Positions 37,720 through 47,227 of a DNA stretch of 64,000 nucleotides are shown piece after piece. Position 1 is the stretch's first letter. Each line of letters begins with the position of its first letter. Made by a program: the position numbers and the translations under genes. The stretch spans positions 14,172 to 78,171 of the forward strand of contig CAZEFK010000002.1 of NCBI GenBank assembly GCA_964511405.1, in the 5' to 3' direction. This DNA comes from an uncultured Comamonadaceae bacterium. GTDB taxonomy: Bacteria; Pseudomonadota; Alphaproteobacteria; Elsterales; Elsteraceae. The notes under the pieces were generated by a model that worked only from the letters and a program-made list of their open reading frames with translations, was not told the DNA's origin and ran no database searches.

Positions 37720-38525
37720 TGAGTGCCGCCATCGCCATGCCGGCGCCGATGACGGCGGCGGCGCCGGCGGTCCTCTGCCGCGGGCTCGGGGTCCGCTTCA
37801 TGACCGAGCGGCGGGCCGTGACCGCGCTCGCCGACATCGACCTCGAGCTGGAGCAGGGCAGCTTCCTGACCCTGCTGGGGCCCTCGGGCTGCGGCAAGTC
37901 CACGCTGTTGCGGGTGATGGCCGATCTGATCCCGCCGACCTGCGGCACCATCGAGGTCCTGGGCAGCCCGCCCGCGGTGGCGCGGCAGCGGCGCGAGCTG
38001 GGCTTCGTGTTCCAGGACGCGGCACTGCTGCCCTGGCGCAGCGCCCTGGACAACGTGGCGCTGCCCCTGGAAGTCGGCGGGCGCCCGCCGCTGCCGCAGG
38101 GTGCCCGGACCCCGCGCGAGCTGCTGGACCTGGTCGGCCTCGCCGGCTGGGAACAGGCGCTGCCCCACGAGCTGTCGGGCGGCATGCGCCAGCGCGTGGC
38201 GATCGCCCGCGCTCTGGTCGGCGGGCCCAAGCTCCTGCTCATGGACGAGCCGTTCGGCGCGCTCGACGAGATCACCCGCGACCGCCTGAACGAGGAGCTG
38301 CTGCGGATCTGGCGCGAGACCGGCACCACCGTGGTGTTCGTCACCCACAGCATCTACGAGGCCGCGTTCCTGGGCCAGAAGGTGCTGATGCTGGCCGCCA
38401 ATCCCGGCCGGGTGCGCGAAATCGTGCCGATCGACCTGCCCGAGCCGCGGCGCCTCGGCGACCGCGAGCAGCCCCGCTTCATCGCGGCCGCAGCCCATCT
38501 GCGTCGTGTCCTGGAGACCTGCTGA
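37719..38525 (+). CDS. ABC transporter ATP-binding protein (NitT/TauT family)
   Basis: Walker [10 protein letters not shown], signature LSGGMRQR, Walker B LLLMDEP. The start overlaps the SBP stop (TGATG). Confidence 0.9.
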   Translation: MSAAIAMPAPMTAAAPAVLCRGLGVRFMTERRAVTALADIDLELEQGSFLTLLGPSGCGKSTLLRVMADLIPPTCGTIEVLGSPPAVARQRRELGFVFQDAALLPWRSALDNVALPLEVGGRPPLPQGARTPRELLDLVGLAGWEQALPHELSGGMRQRVAIARALVGGPKLLLMDEPFGALDEITRDRLNEELLRIWRETGTTVVFVTHSIYEAAFLGQKVLMLAANPGRVREIVPIDLPEPRRLGDREQPRFIAAAAHLRRVLETC

Positions 38526-39355
38526 TGGCCACTGTCGCCCTTGCCGACACCGGCCTGCTCGACGCCGCCGACGCGCGCTTCCGGGCCGCGCTGCGGCGCC
38601 AGCGCCTGCGCCGCCGGCTGCTGCCGCTGGCCGGCATCGCCCTGTTCCTGCTGGCCTGGTGGGCCGTGGTCGCGCTGTTCGACGTCAAGCCCTTCATCGC
38701 CCCGTCGCCGATCGTGGTGGCGCAAACCATCCAGGCGAAGGTCGGGCTGCTCGCGGCCAACCTCTGGCCGACCGCGATCGAAGCGGTCAGCGGCTTCCTG
38801 CTGGGGAACCTGGCCGCGATCCTGACCGCGACGGTGTTCGTCCACTCCAAGACGCTGGAGCAGGCGTTCTATCCGACCGCGGTCATGATCAACACCATCC
38901 CGGTCGTGGCCAAGGCGCCGATCCTGGTGCTGCTGTTGGGCAACGGCATGGAGCCCAAGATCGCGATCGCCGCGATCATCTGCTTCTTCCCGACGCTGGT
39001 GAACATGGTGCGCGGCCTGGAAGCCGTGAGCCCGCAATCGCTGGAGCTGATGCGCGTGCTGTCGGCCAGCCGGCGCGAGATCTTCTTCAAGCTGCGGGTC
39101 CAGAGCTCGCTGCCCTACCTGTTCTCGGCCCTGAAGATTGCGGCCAGCACCGCCGTGATCGGCGCCATCGTCGGCGAGTGGATCGGCTCCACCTACGGCA
39201 TCGGCGCCCTGATCATCCAGGCGACCTACAACTTCGACTCGGCGCTGCTCTACGCCACCGTGATCGCCGGGTCCTGCTTCTCGGTCTGCTTCTTCCTGAC
39301 GATCGCGCTGGTCGAGCGCCTGGTCGTCCGCTGGCAGCCCAACCGGAACCTTTAG
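38525..39355 (+). CDS. ABC transporter permease (NitT/TauT family)
   Basis: 276 aa with about 6 TM. The start overlaps the ATPase stop. Confidence 0.85.
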   Translation: MATVALADTGLLDAADARFRAALRRQRLRRRLLPLAGIALFLLAWWAVVALFDVKPFIAPSPIVVAQTIQAKVGLLAANLWPTAIEAVSGFLLGNLAAILTATVFVHSKTLEQAFYPTAVMINTIPVVAKAPILVLLLGNGMEPKIAIAAIICFFPTLVNMVRGLEAVSPQSLELMRVLSASRREIFFKLRVQSSLPYLFSALKIAASTAVIGAIVGEWIGSTYGIGALIIQATYNFDSALLYATVIAGSCFSVCFFLTIALVERLVVRWQPNRNL

Positions 39356-39364
39356 GGAGGACCG

Positions 39365-40714
39365 ATGTCCGCGACCTATCGCGAGCCCGCGCGTGATGCG
39401 CCCGTCGTCGACCATGCCGAGGTGCTGGTGGTCGGTGGCGGCCCGGCCGGCTTCAGCGCCGCTGTCGCCGCGGCCCGCCACGGCGCCCGCACCGTGCTGG
39501 TCGAACGCTATCCCTATCTGGGCGGCCTGGCGTCGGGCGGCATGGTGCTGGTGCTCGACGACATGTGCGCCGGCGCCGAGATCACCGTGCGCGGCCTGTG
39601 CGCCGAGATGATCGACCGCCTGGCCCGGATCGGGTTGGCCGTGTTTCCGCCCGAGGCCGAGCGCGGCCCCGATCCCGCGATGTTCCGGAAATGGTCGCGC
39701 TGGGGCGTGTTCGACTTCAACCAGAAGCACAAGCCGATCTGCTACGCCGCGGCGTTCGACCCCGATGGCTGGAAGCGGGTGTCGGACGACATGGTGCAGG
39801 ACGCGGGGGTCCGGCTGCGCCTGCATAGCTGGTTTTCGGCCGCGATGGTCGAGGACGGCCGGATCCGGGGCGTGGTGTGCGAGACCAAGGCCGGCCGCCA
39901 GGCGATCACCGGCGATGTGGTGATCGACGCGACCGGCGACCTGGACGTGGCCGCCTCGGCCGGCGCCCCGTTCCTGCATGGCAGCTACATCGTGACCACG
40001 GTGTTCCGCCTGGGCGGCGTCGACACCGACGAAGCCGAGCGCTTCCAGTTCGAGGAGCCCGAAGCCTTCGCCAAGCTCGACCGTGCGGCCCGGCGCATTG
40101 TCGGCGGCTCCTGGGACTATTGGTGGCTGAAGACGCCCCTGCCGGGCGTCGTCTGGTGCAACTGCCCGCACATGCCCGACCTGGACGGCGTCAAGGTCGA
40201 GGACCTGACCCGCGCCGAGTTCGAAGGCCGCCGCCGCATCCATGCCCTGGTCGAGTTCGCGCGCGCCAACCTGCCCGGCTTCGCGCGCTGCCACATCGTC
40301 GACATGGCGCCCCAGACCGGCATCCGCCAGACCCGGCTGCTCGACGGCGACTATGTCGTGACCAAGGAGGACGTGGTCAACCGCGTGCGGTTCGCCGACA
40401 GCGTGGCGCGCGGCCGCGACTACTACACGCCCTACCGTGCCCTGCTGCCCAAGGGCGTCGACCAGCTCCTGGTGGCCGGGCGCCATTACTCGGCGACCAG
40501 CCAGGCCCAGAAGATCAGCCGCGAGATCCCGCCCTGCATGGCGATGGGCGAGGCCGCCGGCGTCGCCGCGGTCCAGGCCCTGCACGCCGGCCACAGCGTG
40601 CGCGCGATCGACGTCGCCCGGCTGCAGCGGACCTTGCGCGCCCAAGGAGCAGATCCGGGCGACCCGGGCGCCAACCCTGGCGACCAGGCGGCCCCGGCTG
40701 TCGCGGCCCAATAG
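39365..40714 (+). CDS. FAD-dependent oxidoreductase
   Basis: 449 aa with GGGAGGA RBS. Dinucleotide fold [35 protein letters not shown]. Confidence 0.8.
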   Translation: MSATYREPARDAPVVDHAEVLVVGGGPAGFSAAVAAARHGARTVLVERYPYLGGLASGGMVLVLDDMCAGAEITVRGLCAEMIDRLARIGLAVFPPEAERGPDPAMFRKWSRWGVFDFNQKHKPICYAAAFDPDGWKRVSDDMVQDAGVRLRLHSWFSAAMVEDGRIRGVVCETKAGRQAITGDVVIDATGDLDVAASAGAPFLHGSYIVTTVFRLGGVDTDEAERFQFEEPEAFAKLDRAARRIVGGSWDYWWLKTPLPGVVWCNCPHMPDLDGVKVEDLTRAEFEGRRRIHALVEFARANLPGFARCHIVDMAPQTGIRQTRLLDGDYVVTKEDVVNRVRFADSVARGRDYYTPYRALLPKGVDQLLVAGRHYSATSQAQKISREIPPCMAMGEAAGVAAVQALHAGHSVRAIDVARLQRTLRAQGADPGDPGANPGDQAAPAVAAQ

Positions 40715-40725
40715 GGGAGATCAGG

Positions 40726-41907
40726 ATGGACGGGACCAGCCGACCGGTGCAACCGCTGACCGGCGTCAAGGTGATCGACTTCACCCAGGTCATGCTGGGG
40801 CCGTGCTGCACGCAGATGCTGGGCGACTACGGCGCCGACGTGATCAAGATCGAGCGCGGTGCGGGCGACCTGTCGCGCAGCTCGATCGCCGACGACCCCG
40901 CCGGCCTCGACAACCCGGTGTTTCAGAGCCTGAACCGCAACAAGCGCAGCATCGTGCTCGACCTGCGCGGCGAGGCGGGCAAGGCGGTGGTGCGGCGGCT
41001 GGTCGAGAGCGCCGACGTGGTGGTCAACAATTTCCGCGCCGGCGTCATGGACCGCATGGGCTTCGGCTACGACGCGCTGGCGGCGATCAACCCACGCCTG
41101 ATCTATGCCGAGGGCACCGGCTTCGGCAGCGCCGGTCCGTACGCCCACAAGGGCGGCCAGGACATCCTGGCCCAGGCCATGACCGGCGTGATGGCGCGCA
41201 AGGCGAACGAGCAGCTGCCGACCAGCATCTATCCGACCGCGCTGGCCGACTACTCGGCCGGCATGCACCTCGTCCAAGGCATCCTGCTGGCGCTGCTGCA
41301 CCGCGAGCGCACCGGGCGCGGCCAGCGCGTCGAAGTCTCGCTCTATGACAGCATGCTGGCCATGCAGATGCAGGAGGCCGCCATGTGGCTGATGCGCGGC
41401 CGCGACCTCAACTGGGCGGCCATGCCGCTGACCGGCGCCTTCGCGACCACCGATGGCGCGATCGTGCTGGTCGGCGCCTTCAAGACCCATCCCTTGCGCG
41501 ACATCTCGGCGGCGCTGGGCATCGACGACCTGTCCCAGGACCCGCGCTTTGCCACCCACGCCGACCAGGTCGCCAACAAGCCGGCACTGCAGGCGATTTT
41601 TGCCGAGCATTTCCGCACCGGCAGCACCGAGCACTGGATCGCCCGGCTGGAGGCCCAGGACCTGCTGTGCGCCCCGGTCAAACCGCTGTCGGCGGCGCTG
41701 GCGGACCCGCAGACCGCGGCCAACGGCATGCTCCTCAGCGACGGCGAGCTGGGGCTGATCGGGTCGCCGGTGCACCTGTCCGACGACGGCTTCGCCCTGC
41801 GCCGGCGGCCGCCGCGCCTCGGCCAGGACGGGCCGGAGATCCTGGCCGAGTTCGGGTTCGCGCCCGCCGAGGTCGCGCAGCTCAAGGCCGAGCGGGTGCT
41901 GGCATGA
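40726..41907 (+). CDS. Family III CoA-transferase (CaiB/BaiF-like)
   Basis: 393 aa from the ATG at 40726. VKVIDFTQVMLGPCCTQMLGDYGADVIKIE signature. Confidence 0.85.
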   Translation: MDGTSRPVQPLTGVKVIDFTQVMLGPCCTQMLGDYGADVIKIERGAGDLSRSSIADDPAGLDNPVFQSLNRNKRSIVLDLRGEAGKAVVRRLVESADVVVNNFRAGVMDRMGFGYDALAAINPRLIYAEGTGFGSAGPYAHKGGQDILAQAMTGVMARKANEQLPTSIYPTALADYSAGMHLVQGILLALLHRERTGRGQRVEVSLYDSMLAMQMQEAAMWLMRGRDLNWAAMPLTGAFATTDGAIVLVGAFKTHPLRDISAALGIDDLSQDPRFATHADQVANKPALQAIFAEHFRTGSTEHWIARLEAQDLLCAPVKPLSAALADPQTAANGMLLSDGELGLIGSPVHLSDDGFALRRRPPRLGQDGPEILAEFGFAPAEVAQLKAERVLA

Positions 41908-42677
41908 CCGTCCGCTTCGCGCAGGCCGACGGCGTCGCCCGCATCACCCTCGACCGGCCCGACACCCTCAACGCCGTCGACGTCGACACCGAAGCTCGCT
42001 TGCAGGGGATCTGGGCCCAGCTGGAAGCCGATCCCACGGCCCGCGTGGCCGTGCTGACCGGCGCCGGCGACCGCGCGTTTTGCGTCGGCGCCGACATGAA
42101 GAGCACCGGCAAGTCGGGCCTCGACTACTGGGCCAGCCCGCGCCCCGGCGGCTTCGGCGGCATCGCGCTGCGCCAAACCCTGGACATCCCGGTGATCGCC
42201 CGGGTCAATGGCCACGCCCTGGGCGGCGGCTTCGAAATGATGCTGGGCTGCGACCTGGTCGTCGCGGCCGAGGACGCGACCTTCGGTCTGCCCGAGCCCC
42301 GGGTCGGCCGCCTGCCGCTCGACGGCGGCATGACCCTGCTGCCCCGCCAGCTGCCGCTGAAGCAGGCCATGAGCCTGCTGCTGACGGGTCGGCGCATCAA
42401 GGCCGCCGAGGCGCTGGCCATGGGGCTGGTCAACGAAGTGGTGCCGCGCGCCGAGCTTGATGCCGCGGTCGACCGCTGGGTCGCCGACATCCTGGCCTGC
42501 GCGCCGCTTTCGATCCGCGCCATCAAGCAATCGGTCCAGCGCACCGCCCACCTGACCGGCGCCGAGGCGCAGATGATGCGGCTGCCGGCCGTGATCGCGT
42601 GCCTCCAGTCGGAAGACGGCGAGGAGGGCGTGCGCGCCTTCCGCGAGAAGCGTCCGCCGCGCTGGACCGGGCGGTAG
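41904..42677 (+). CDS. Enoyl-CoA hydratase/isomerase (crotonase) family protein
   Basis: 257 aa with the ATG overlapping the CoA-transferase stop (ATGA). [13 protein letters not shown] and [17 protein letters not shown]. Confidence 0.85.
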   Translation: MTVRFAQADGVARITLDRPDTLNAVDVDTEARLQGIWAQLEADPTARVAVLTGAGDRAFCVGADMKSTGKSGLDYWASPRPGGFGGIALRQTLDIPVIARVNGHALGGGFEMMLGCDLVVAAEDATFGLPEPRVGRLPLDGGMTLLPRQLPLKQAMSLLLTGRRIKAAEALAMGLVNEVVPRAELDAAVDRWVADILACAPLSIRAIKQSVQRTAHLTGAEAQMMRLPAVIACLQSEDGEEGVRAFREKRPPRWTGR

Positions 42678-42687
42678 GGCCGCACCG

Positions 42688-43014
42688 GTGGCCTACGTCG
42701 TCACCGCCCCGTGCATCGACGTCAAGGACGGCGCCTGCGCCCGCGCCTGCCCGGTCGACTGCATCTATGAGGGCGGCCGGATGTTCTATATCCAGCCCGA
42801 CGAATGCATCGACTGCGGCCTGTGCGTCTCGGTCTGCCCGGTCGACGCCATCTATGCCGAGGACGAGCTGCCAGCCGGGGCCGGGCCGTTCCAAGCCGCC
42901 AACGCAGAATTCTTCGGACCTGCCGTGACCGGCCTCGGCGCACCGGGCGGGGCCGAGCCCGAGCTGATCACGGCGAAGGACCATCCGCTGGTGGCAGGGT
43001 GGGCCAAGGCATAG
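42688..43014 (+). CDS. fdxA: 7Fe (3Fe-4S plus 4Fe-4S) ferredoxin
   Basis: GTG start 10 nt after the crotonase stop. [49 protein letters not shown] matches the FdxA-type Cys pattern. Confidence 0.8.
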   Translation: MAYVVTAPCIDVKDGACARACPVDCIYEGGRMFYIQPDECIDCGLCVSVCPVDAIYAEDELPAGAGPFQAANAEFFGPAVTGLGAPGGAEPELITAKDHPLVAGWAKA

Positions 43015-43068
43015 CCGACCTTGCCGCTCGCCAGTCTGCTTCGGCGCAGCGCCGATATGCGCCAGGTG

Positions 43069-43407
43069 TCAAACTACTGAAGCCAAAGCATTCTTGACCG
43101 CCTCGGGCTGCTTGTCGATCACGATCAGCAGCGTCCTTGCCGGTCCGCTCGGCACCTTGGCCCCGCGCTCCCATTCCTGCAGCGTGCGGACGCTGAACCC
43201 GAAGGCCTCGGCGAATTTCGCCTGGCTCAAGCCGGATCGCTTCCGGATTGCCGCTACGTCGAACTCAGGCGCCATGTCAGGGGCCGCGTCGGGATCGTCG
43301 GCAATCTGCTGCCGGATCTCGTCATCGGTGGTCGCGGCGATCTTGTCCCAATCGACGTCCTGCAACGCCTTGAGCGCGGCTTCCCTAGACCCCCTGGTAA
43401 TAGGCAT
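43069..43407 (-). CDS. brnA: BrnA-type antitoxin with C-terminal HTH
   Basis: 112 aa from the ATG at 43407. DVDWDKIAATTDDEIRQQIADDPDAAPDM (BrnA-like), then SGLSQAKFAEAFGFSVRTLQEWERG (HTH). Overlaps the brnT 3' end by 23 nt. Confidence 0.75.
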   Translation of the reverse strand: MPITRGSREAALKALQDVDWDKIAATTDDEIRQQIADDPDAAPDMAPEFDVAAIRKRSGLSQAKFAEAFGFSVRTLQEWERGAKVPSGPARTLLIVIDKQPEAVKNALASVV

Positions 43408-43654
43408 CAGCTTCCCTCTTGGTTGCGCGGCGCAACGAGATGATGCGGCGAACCTCGCCACGATCCGTAAAGACACACACGAACACGTGTCCAGCGATCA
43501 GTCCTCGGGCAACCTGGCGCTCCTCTCCATATTCGAAACGGTCGTCCTGATCTATGATTACCGGTCCGTCGAACATCAGTTCGGCGATGGCCAGCGACAC
43601 GTTATGATCTCGACGGTTCTTCTTATCTTTGTCGCTATCCCATTCGAAGATCAT
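43385..43654 (-). CDS. brnT: BrnT family (DUF497) ribonuclease toxin
   Basis: 89 aa. MIFEWDSDKDKKNRRDHNVSLAIAELMF...ERQVARGLIAGHVFVCVFTDRGEVRRIISLRRATKRE is the DUF497 pattern. Locally lower G+C. Confidence 0.8.
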   Translation of the reverse strand: MIFEWDSDKDKKNRRDHNVSLAIAELMFDGPVIIDQDDRFEYGEERQVARGLIAGHVFVCVFTDRGEVRRIISLRRATKREADAYYQGV

Positions 43655-43661
43655 GGCCCAC

Positions 43662-43680
43662 CATACGCCATAGGCGTATG
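43662..43680. promoter_or_regulatory. Perfect palindrome CATACGCC-ata-GGCGTATG 8-26 nt upstream of the brnT start; candidate autoregulatory operator
   Basis: Read from the sequence. Type II TA operons are typically autorepressed at palindromes overlapping the promoter or RBS. Confidence 0.4.
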
Positions 43681-43828
43681 GACGCCAATGACGAATTCCC
43701 TCGTCCGGGATCGACGAGCGACCTGCTGTGCATCCTGACCGGCGCCGCGGGACCGGCTACTTGGGCGTGCCCACCATCCGTACCGTTCGATTGAACCCGG
43801 GCCCGGCGCGGCCCACACTCGGCCCGCC

Positions 43829-44728
43829 ATGCATGCCTCGGTCCTGCGCTATCTGCGCGAGGTCGCCCGCTGCGGTTCGGTCCGCAAGGCGGCCCAGGCG
43901 CTCCATGTCGCGTCGTCGGCGGTCAACCGCCAGATCCTGCAGCTCGAGGACGAGCTGGGGCTGGCGCTGTTCGATCGCCTGCCCTCGGGCATGCGGCCGA
44001 CCCCGGCGGGCGAGCTGCTGCTGCGCCATGTCCGCGACACGCTCTACGACTTCGAGCGGCTGCGCTCGGAGATGGACGAGCTGCGCGGGGTCAAGACCGG
44101 CCATATCCGGATCGCGGCCATCGACAGCCTGCTGGTCGACTTCCTGCCGAGGATGGTCGACCGCTTCGCCCGCGACTATCCCGCCGTCACCCTGTCGGTG
44201 CTGGCGGTCAGCCCCGGTGGCGTGTTCGACGACGTCGCATCCGGCCAGGCCGACATCGGCCTGACCTTCGTGGCCCCGCGGCCCCATGGGCTGCAAGTCG
44301 CCGCCGCCGTGCCGATGCCGATCGGCGCCGTCATGTCGGCCGGCCATCCGCTCGCCGCCCGGCCATCGCTGCCGTTCGACGCGTTCCAGGGCTATCCCCT
44401 GCTCCTGCAGGACCATCCGCTGCCCGCGCCGCCGTTCCTGGACGACGACTTCACCGCGTTCCGCGCCAGCATCCAGCCGCGGCTGGCGTCCAACTCCATC
44501 GAGTTCCTGAGACGGGCGATCCACGCCAATCTGGGCGTCGCCTTCTTCACCCGCCTGGGCTTCCTGCGCGAGATCGAAGCCGGCGAGATGGTGTTCGTGC
44601 CGTTCGCCGCGGCCCGGCTCAATCGGCTGGAGGTCGGGCTGTTCATCCCGTCCCAGCGCAGCCTGCCGCCGGTGACCGCGGCCCTGGTCAATCTGCTGGC
44701 CAAGCAGCTGGTGCAGCTGGCACGTTGA
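43829..44728 (+). CDS. LysR family transcriptional regulator
   Basis: 299 aa. N-terminal HTH LRYLREVARCGSVRKAAQALHVASSAVNRQILQLEDELG. Confidence 0.9.
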   Translation: MHASVLRYLREVARCGSVRKAAQALHVASSAVNRQILQLEDELGLALFDRLPSGMRPTPAGELLLRHVRDTLYDFERLRSEMDELRGVKTGHIRIAAIDSLLVDFLPRMVDRFARDYPAVTLSVLAVSPGGVFDDVASGQADIGLTFVAPRPHGLQVAAAVPMPIGAVMSAGHPLAARPSLPFDAFQGYPLLLQDHPLPAPPFLDDDFTAFRASIQPRLASNSIEFLRRAIHANLGVAFFTRLGFLREIEAGEMVFVPFAAARLNRLEVGLFIPSQRSLPPVTAALVNLLAKQLVQLAR

Positions 44729-44734
44729 CTGACC

Positions 44735-46294
44735 ATGTCCGAAAACCGCGAGCGCGGGTCCGATGACGATGGCATCGTCCGGCCCATGGACCAGTTCGAT
44801 CAGCTCGATCCCCAGGCCTGCTACCGGGCGCTCGAAACCCGCGAGCCGCGGTTCGACGGGCGCCTGTTCGTGGGCGTCACCTCCACCGGCATCTATTGTC
44901 GGCCGATCTGTCCGGCGCGCACACCCAAGTTCGCGAACTGCCGCTTCTTCCCGTCGGCGGCGGCGGCCCAGGAGGCCGGCTTCCGGCCGTGCCTGCGCTG
45001 CCGGCCCGAGATCGCACCCGAGGCCAGCGCCTGGCGCGGCACGTCCAACACGGTCAGCCGCGGCCTGGCGCTGATCGCCGAAGGCGCGCTCGACGGCGAC
45101 GACGCCAGCGTCGAACGGCTGGCCGAGCGGCTGGGGGTCGGCGGCCGCCAGCTGCGCCGGCTGTTCCGGCAGCATCTCGGGGCGTCGCCGATCGCCGTGG
45201 CCCAGACCCGGCGGGTGCTGTTCGCCAAACAGCTCATCCATGACACGCGCCTGCCCATGGCCGAGGTCGCGCTCGCCGCGGGTTTCGGCAGCATCCGGCG
45301 CTTCAACGAGACCTTCCAGAGCCTCTTCCGCCGCCCGCCCAGCGCCCTACGCCGACGCCACGCCACCGCCCTGCCGGAAGGGACCGTGGCCGACACCGGC
45401 GTCACGGTCCGCCTGCGCTACCGCCCCCCTTATGATTGGCCGGCGATGCTCGCCTATCTGACGGCCCGGGCGATCGACGGCGTCGAGGCCGTCGCGGACG
45501 GCGTCTACCGGCGCACCCTGCAGGCCGACGGCACCCTCGGCACCGTGGAGATTGCCCACGACGCCCCGCGCCACAGCCTGCAGGCCACGATCCGGGTCGG
45601 CGACATCAGGGCCCTGCCCGGCATCGTCGCCCGCGTCAGGCGCGTCTTCGACCTTGCCGCCGACGTCGTCGCCATCGGCCAGCACCTGGCCCGGGACCCG
45701 CTGCTGGCGCCGCTGGTCGCCGAGCGGCCCGGCCTGCGCGCGCCCGGCGGCTGGGACGGCTTCGAGCTGGCGGTGCGCGCCGTGCTCGGCCAGCAGGTCA
45801 CGGTCGAGGCCGGCCGCCGCCTGGCCGGGCAGCTGGTGCAGCTGTGCGGGGCGGTTCTGCCGGCGTCGCCAGGAAATGCGCTCGCGCGCGCCTTCCCGAC
45901 CGCCGCCCAGGTCGCCGCCGCCGACCTGGGGGCGCTGGGCATGCCCGCGGCCCGGAAGGCGGCGCTCGGCGCCCTGGCCGCGGCCGCCATCGCCGACCCC
46001 GGCCTGTTCCAACCGCTGGGCACGGTCGAGGAGACGGTCGGCCGGCTGCGCGCGATCCGCGGCGTCGGCGAGTGGACCGCCCAGTACATCGCACTCCGCG
46101 CCGTGCGCGAACCGGACGCCTTCCCGGCCAGCGACATCGGCCTGTTGCGCGGCGCCGCCAACGGCGACGGCGTCAGGCCCAGCCCGGCCGAGCTGCAGGG
46201 CCGGGCCGAGCCGTGGCGGCCCTGGCGCGCCTATGCCGCCCAGCATCTCTGGGCCGCCGACGCGGCCCGCCTGCACTCCATGAGGGTTCCATGA
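44735..46294 (+). CDS. Ada-type Zn-binding plus AraC HTH plus AlkA (DNA-3-methyladenine glycosylase II) fusion protein
   Basis: 519 aa. CRPICPARTPKFANCRFF...CLRCRPE (Ada Zn site), AraC-type HTH (FGSIRRFNETFQ), HhH-GPD region (LRAIRGVGEWTAQYIALRA...DAFPASD). Confidence 0.85.
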   Translation: MSENRERGSDDDGIVRPMDQFDQLDPQACYRALETREPRFDGRLFVGVTSTGIYCRPICPARTPKFANCRFFPSAAAAQEAGFRPCLRCRPEIAPEASAWRGTSNTVSRGLALIAEGALDGDDASVERLAERLGVGGRQLRRLFRQHLGASPIAVAQTRRVLFAKQLIHDTRLPMAEVALAAGFGSIRRFNETFQSLFRRPPSALRRRHATALPEGTVADTGVTVRLRYRPPYDWPAMLAYLTARAIDGVEAVADGVYRRTLQADGTLGTVEIAHDAPRHSLQATIRVGDIRALPGIVARVRRVFDLAADVVAIGQHLARDPLLAPLVAERPGLRAPGGWDGFELAVRAVLGQQVTVEAGRRLAGQLVQLCGAVLPASPGNALARAFPTAAQVAAADLGALGMPAARKAALGALAAAAIADPGLFQPLGTVEETVGRLRAIRGVGEWTAQYIALRAVREPDAFPASDIGLLRGAANGDGVRPSPAELQGRAEPWRPWRAYAAQHLWAADAARLHSMRVP

Positions 46295-47094
46295 CCACAT
46301 CGGATCTGTTCCGCCGCCTGCATGACGGCCCCGGCCCGCTGATCCTGGCCAACGCCTGGGATGCCGGCAGTGCCCGCCTGATCGAAAGCCTGGGCGCGCC
46401 GGCGATCGCAACCACCAGCGCCGGCGTCGCCTGGGCGCTGGGCTATCCCGACGGCGACGCAGTGCCGGTGCCGGCGCTCGCCACGGCGGTCGCCGCCATT
46501 GCCCGGGTGATCCGGGTCCCGCTCTCGGTCGATATCGAGGGCGGCTACGCCGACAGCGCGGACGGCGTCGAGGCCGCGGTGACGGCCGTGGTCCAGGCCG
46601 GAGCCGTCGGCATCAACATCGAGGACGGCGCCGACGCGCCGGAGCTGCTGGCGGCCAAGATCGCCCGGACGAAGCAGATCGCGCGCGGGCGGGGCGTCGA
46701 CCTGTTCGTCAACGCCCGCACCGACGTCTATCTGCGCGGCCTGGCCCCGGCCGGGCAGCGGGTCGACGAGGTGCTGGCGCGCGGCCGCCGCTACCGCGAG
46801 GCCGGCGCCGACGGGCTGTTCGTCCCCGGGCTGGCCGACCCCGCCGAGATCCGAGCCGTGGCCGCGGGGGCCGGCCTGCCGCTCAACCTCATGGCCTGGC
46901 CCGGACTGCCGGCGCCGGCGGCGTTGGCCGAGCTGGGCGTGCGCCGGCTGAGCGCCGGCTCGGCCATCGCGCAATTGGTCTGGGGCCAGACCGCAGCCGT
47001 CGCGGCGGCGTTCCTGCGCGACGGTGCCTCCGCGCCGCTGTCCGAGGGCGCCCAGCCCTATGGAGCGCTCAACGCCTTGTTCCGCGACCGCTGA
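46291..47094 (+). CDS. Isocitrate lyase/PEP mutase family protein
   Basis: 267 aa from an ATG overlapping the previous stop (ATGA). LILANAWDAGSARLIE...LSVDIEGGY...GINIEDG. Confidence 0.8.
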   Translation: MTTSDLFRRLHDGPGPLILANAWDAGSARLIESLGAPAIATTSAGVAWALGYPDGDAVPVPALATAVAAIARVIRVPLSVDIEGGYADSADGVEAAVTAVVQAGAVGINIEDGADAPELLAAKIARTKQIARGRGVDLFVNARTDVYLRGLAPAGQRVDEVLARGRRYREAGADGLFVPGLADPAEIRAVAAGAGLPLNLMAWPGLPAPAALAELGVRRLSAGSAIAQLVWGQTAAVAAAFLRDGASAPLSEGAQPYGALNALFRDR

Positions 47095-47227
47095 CGCGCG
47101 CCATTGTTTCGGTTGCAGAATGGGCTAGCTGACATCCATCAAACCACCTAGGATCTGCCGCGAGATCGCAGACGACGGACCCGGTGATGCCGCACACAGT
47201 CAGCTCCGCCCAAGCAAAGCAGGCGCG

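Noticed and set aside
38354-40711. 785-aa - strand ORF
   Set aside because: Antisense to the ABC permease and FAD oxidoreductase genes, which have clear motifs and RBSs. The composition is Gly/Arg/Ala/Asp-rich.
43780-43800. GTTCGATTGAAC, reminiscent of a tRNA T-arm, near the TA cassette (possible tRNA fragment or att site)
   Set aside because: The flanking sequence cannot be folded into acceptor, D or anticodon arms, and the 4-bp stem with a 4-nt loop is not a T-arm. There is no integrase nearby.
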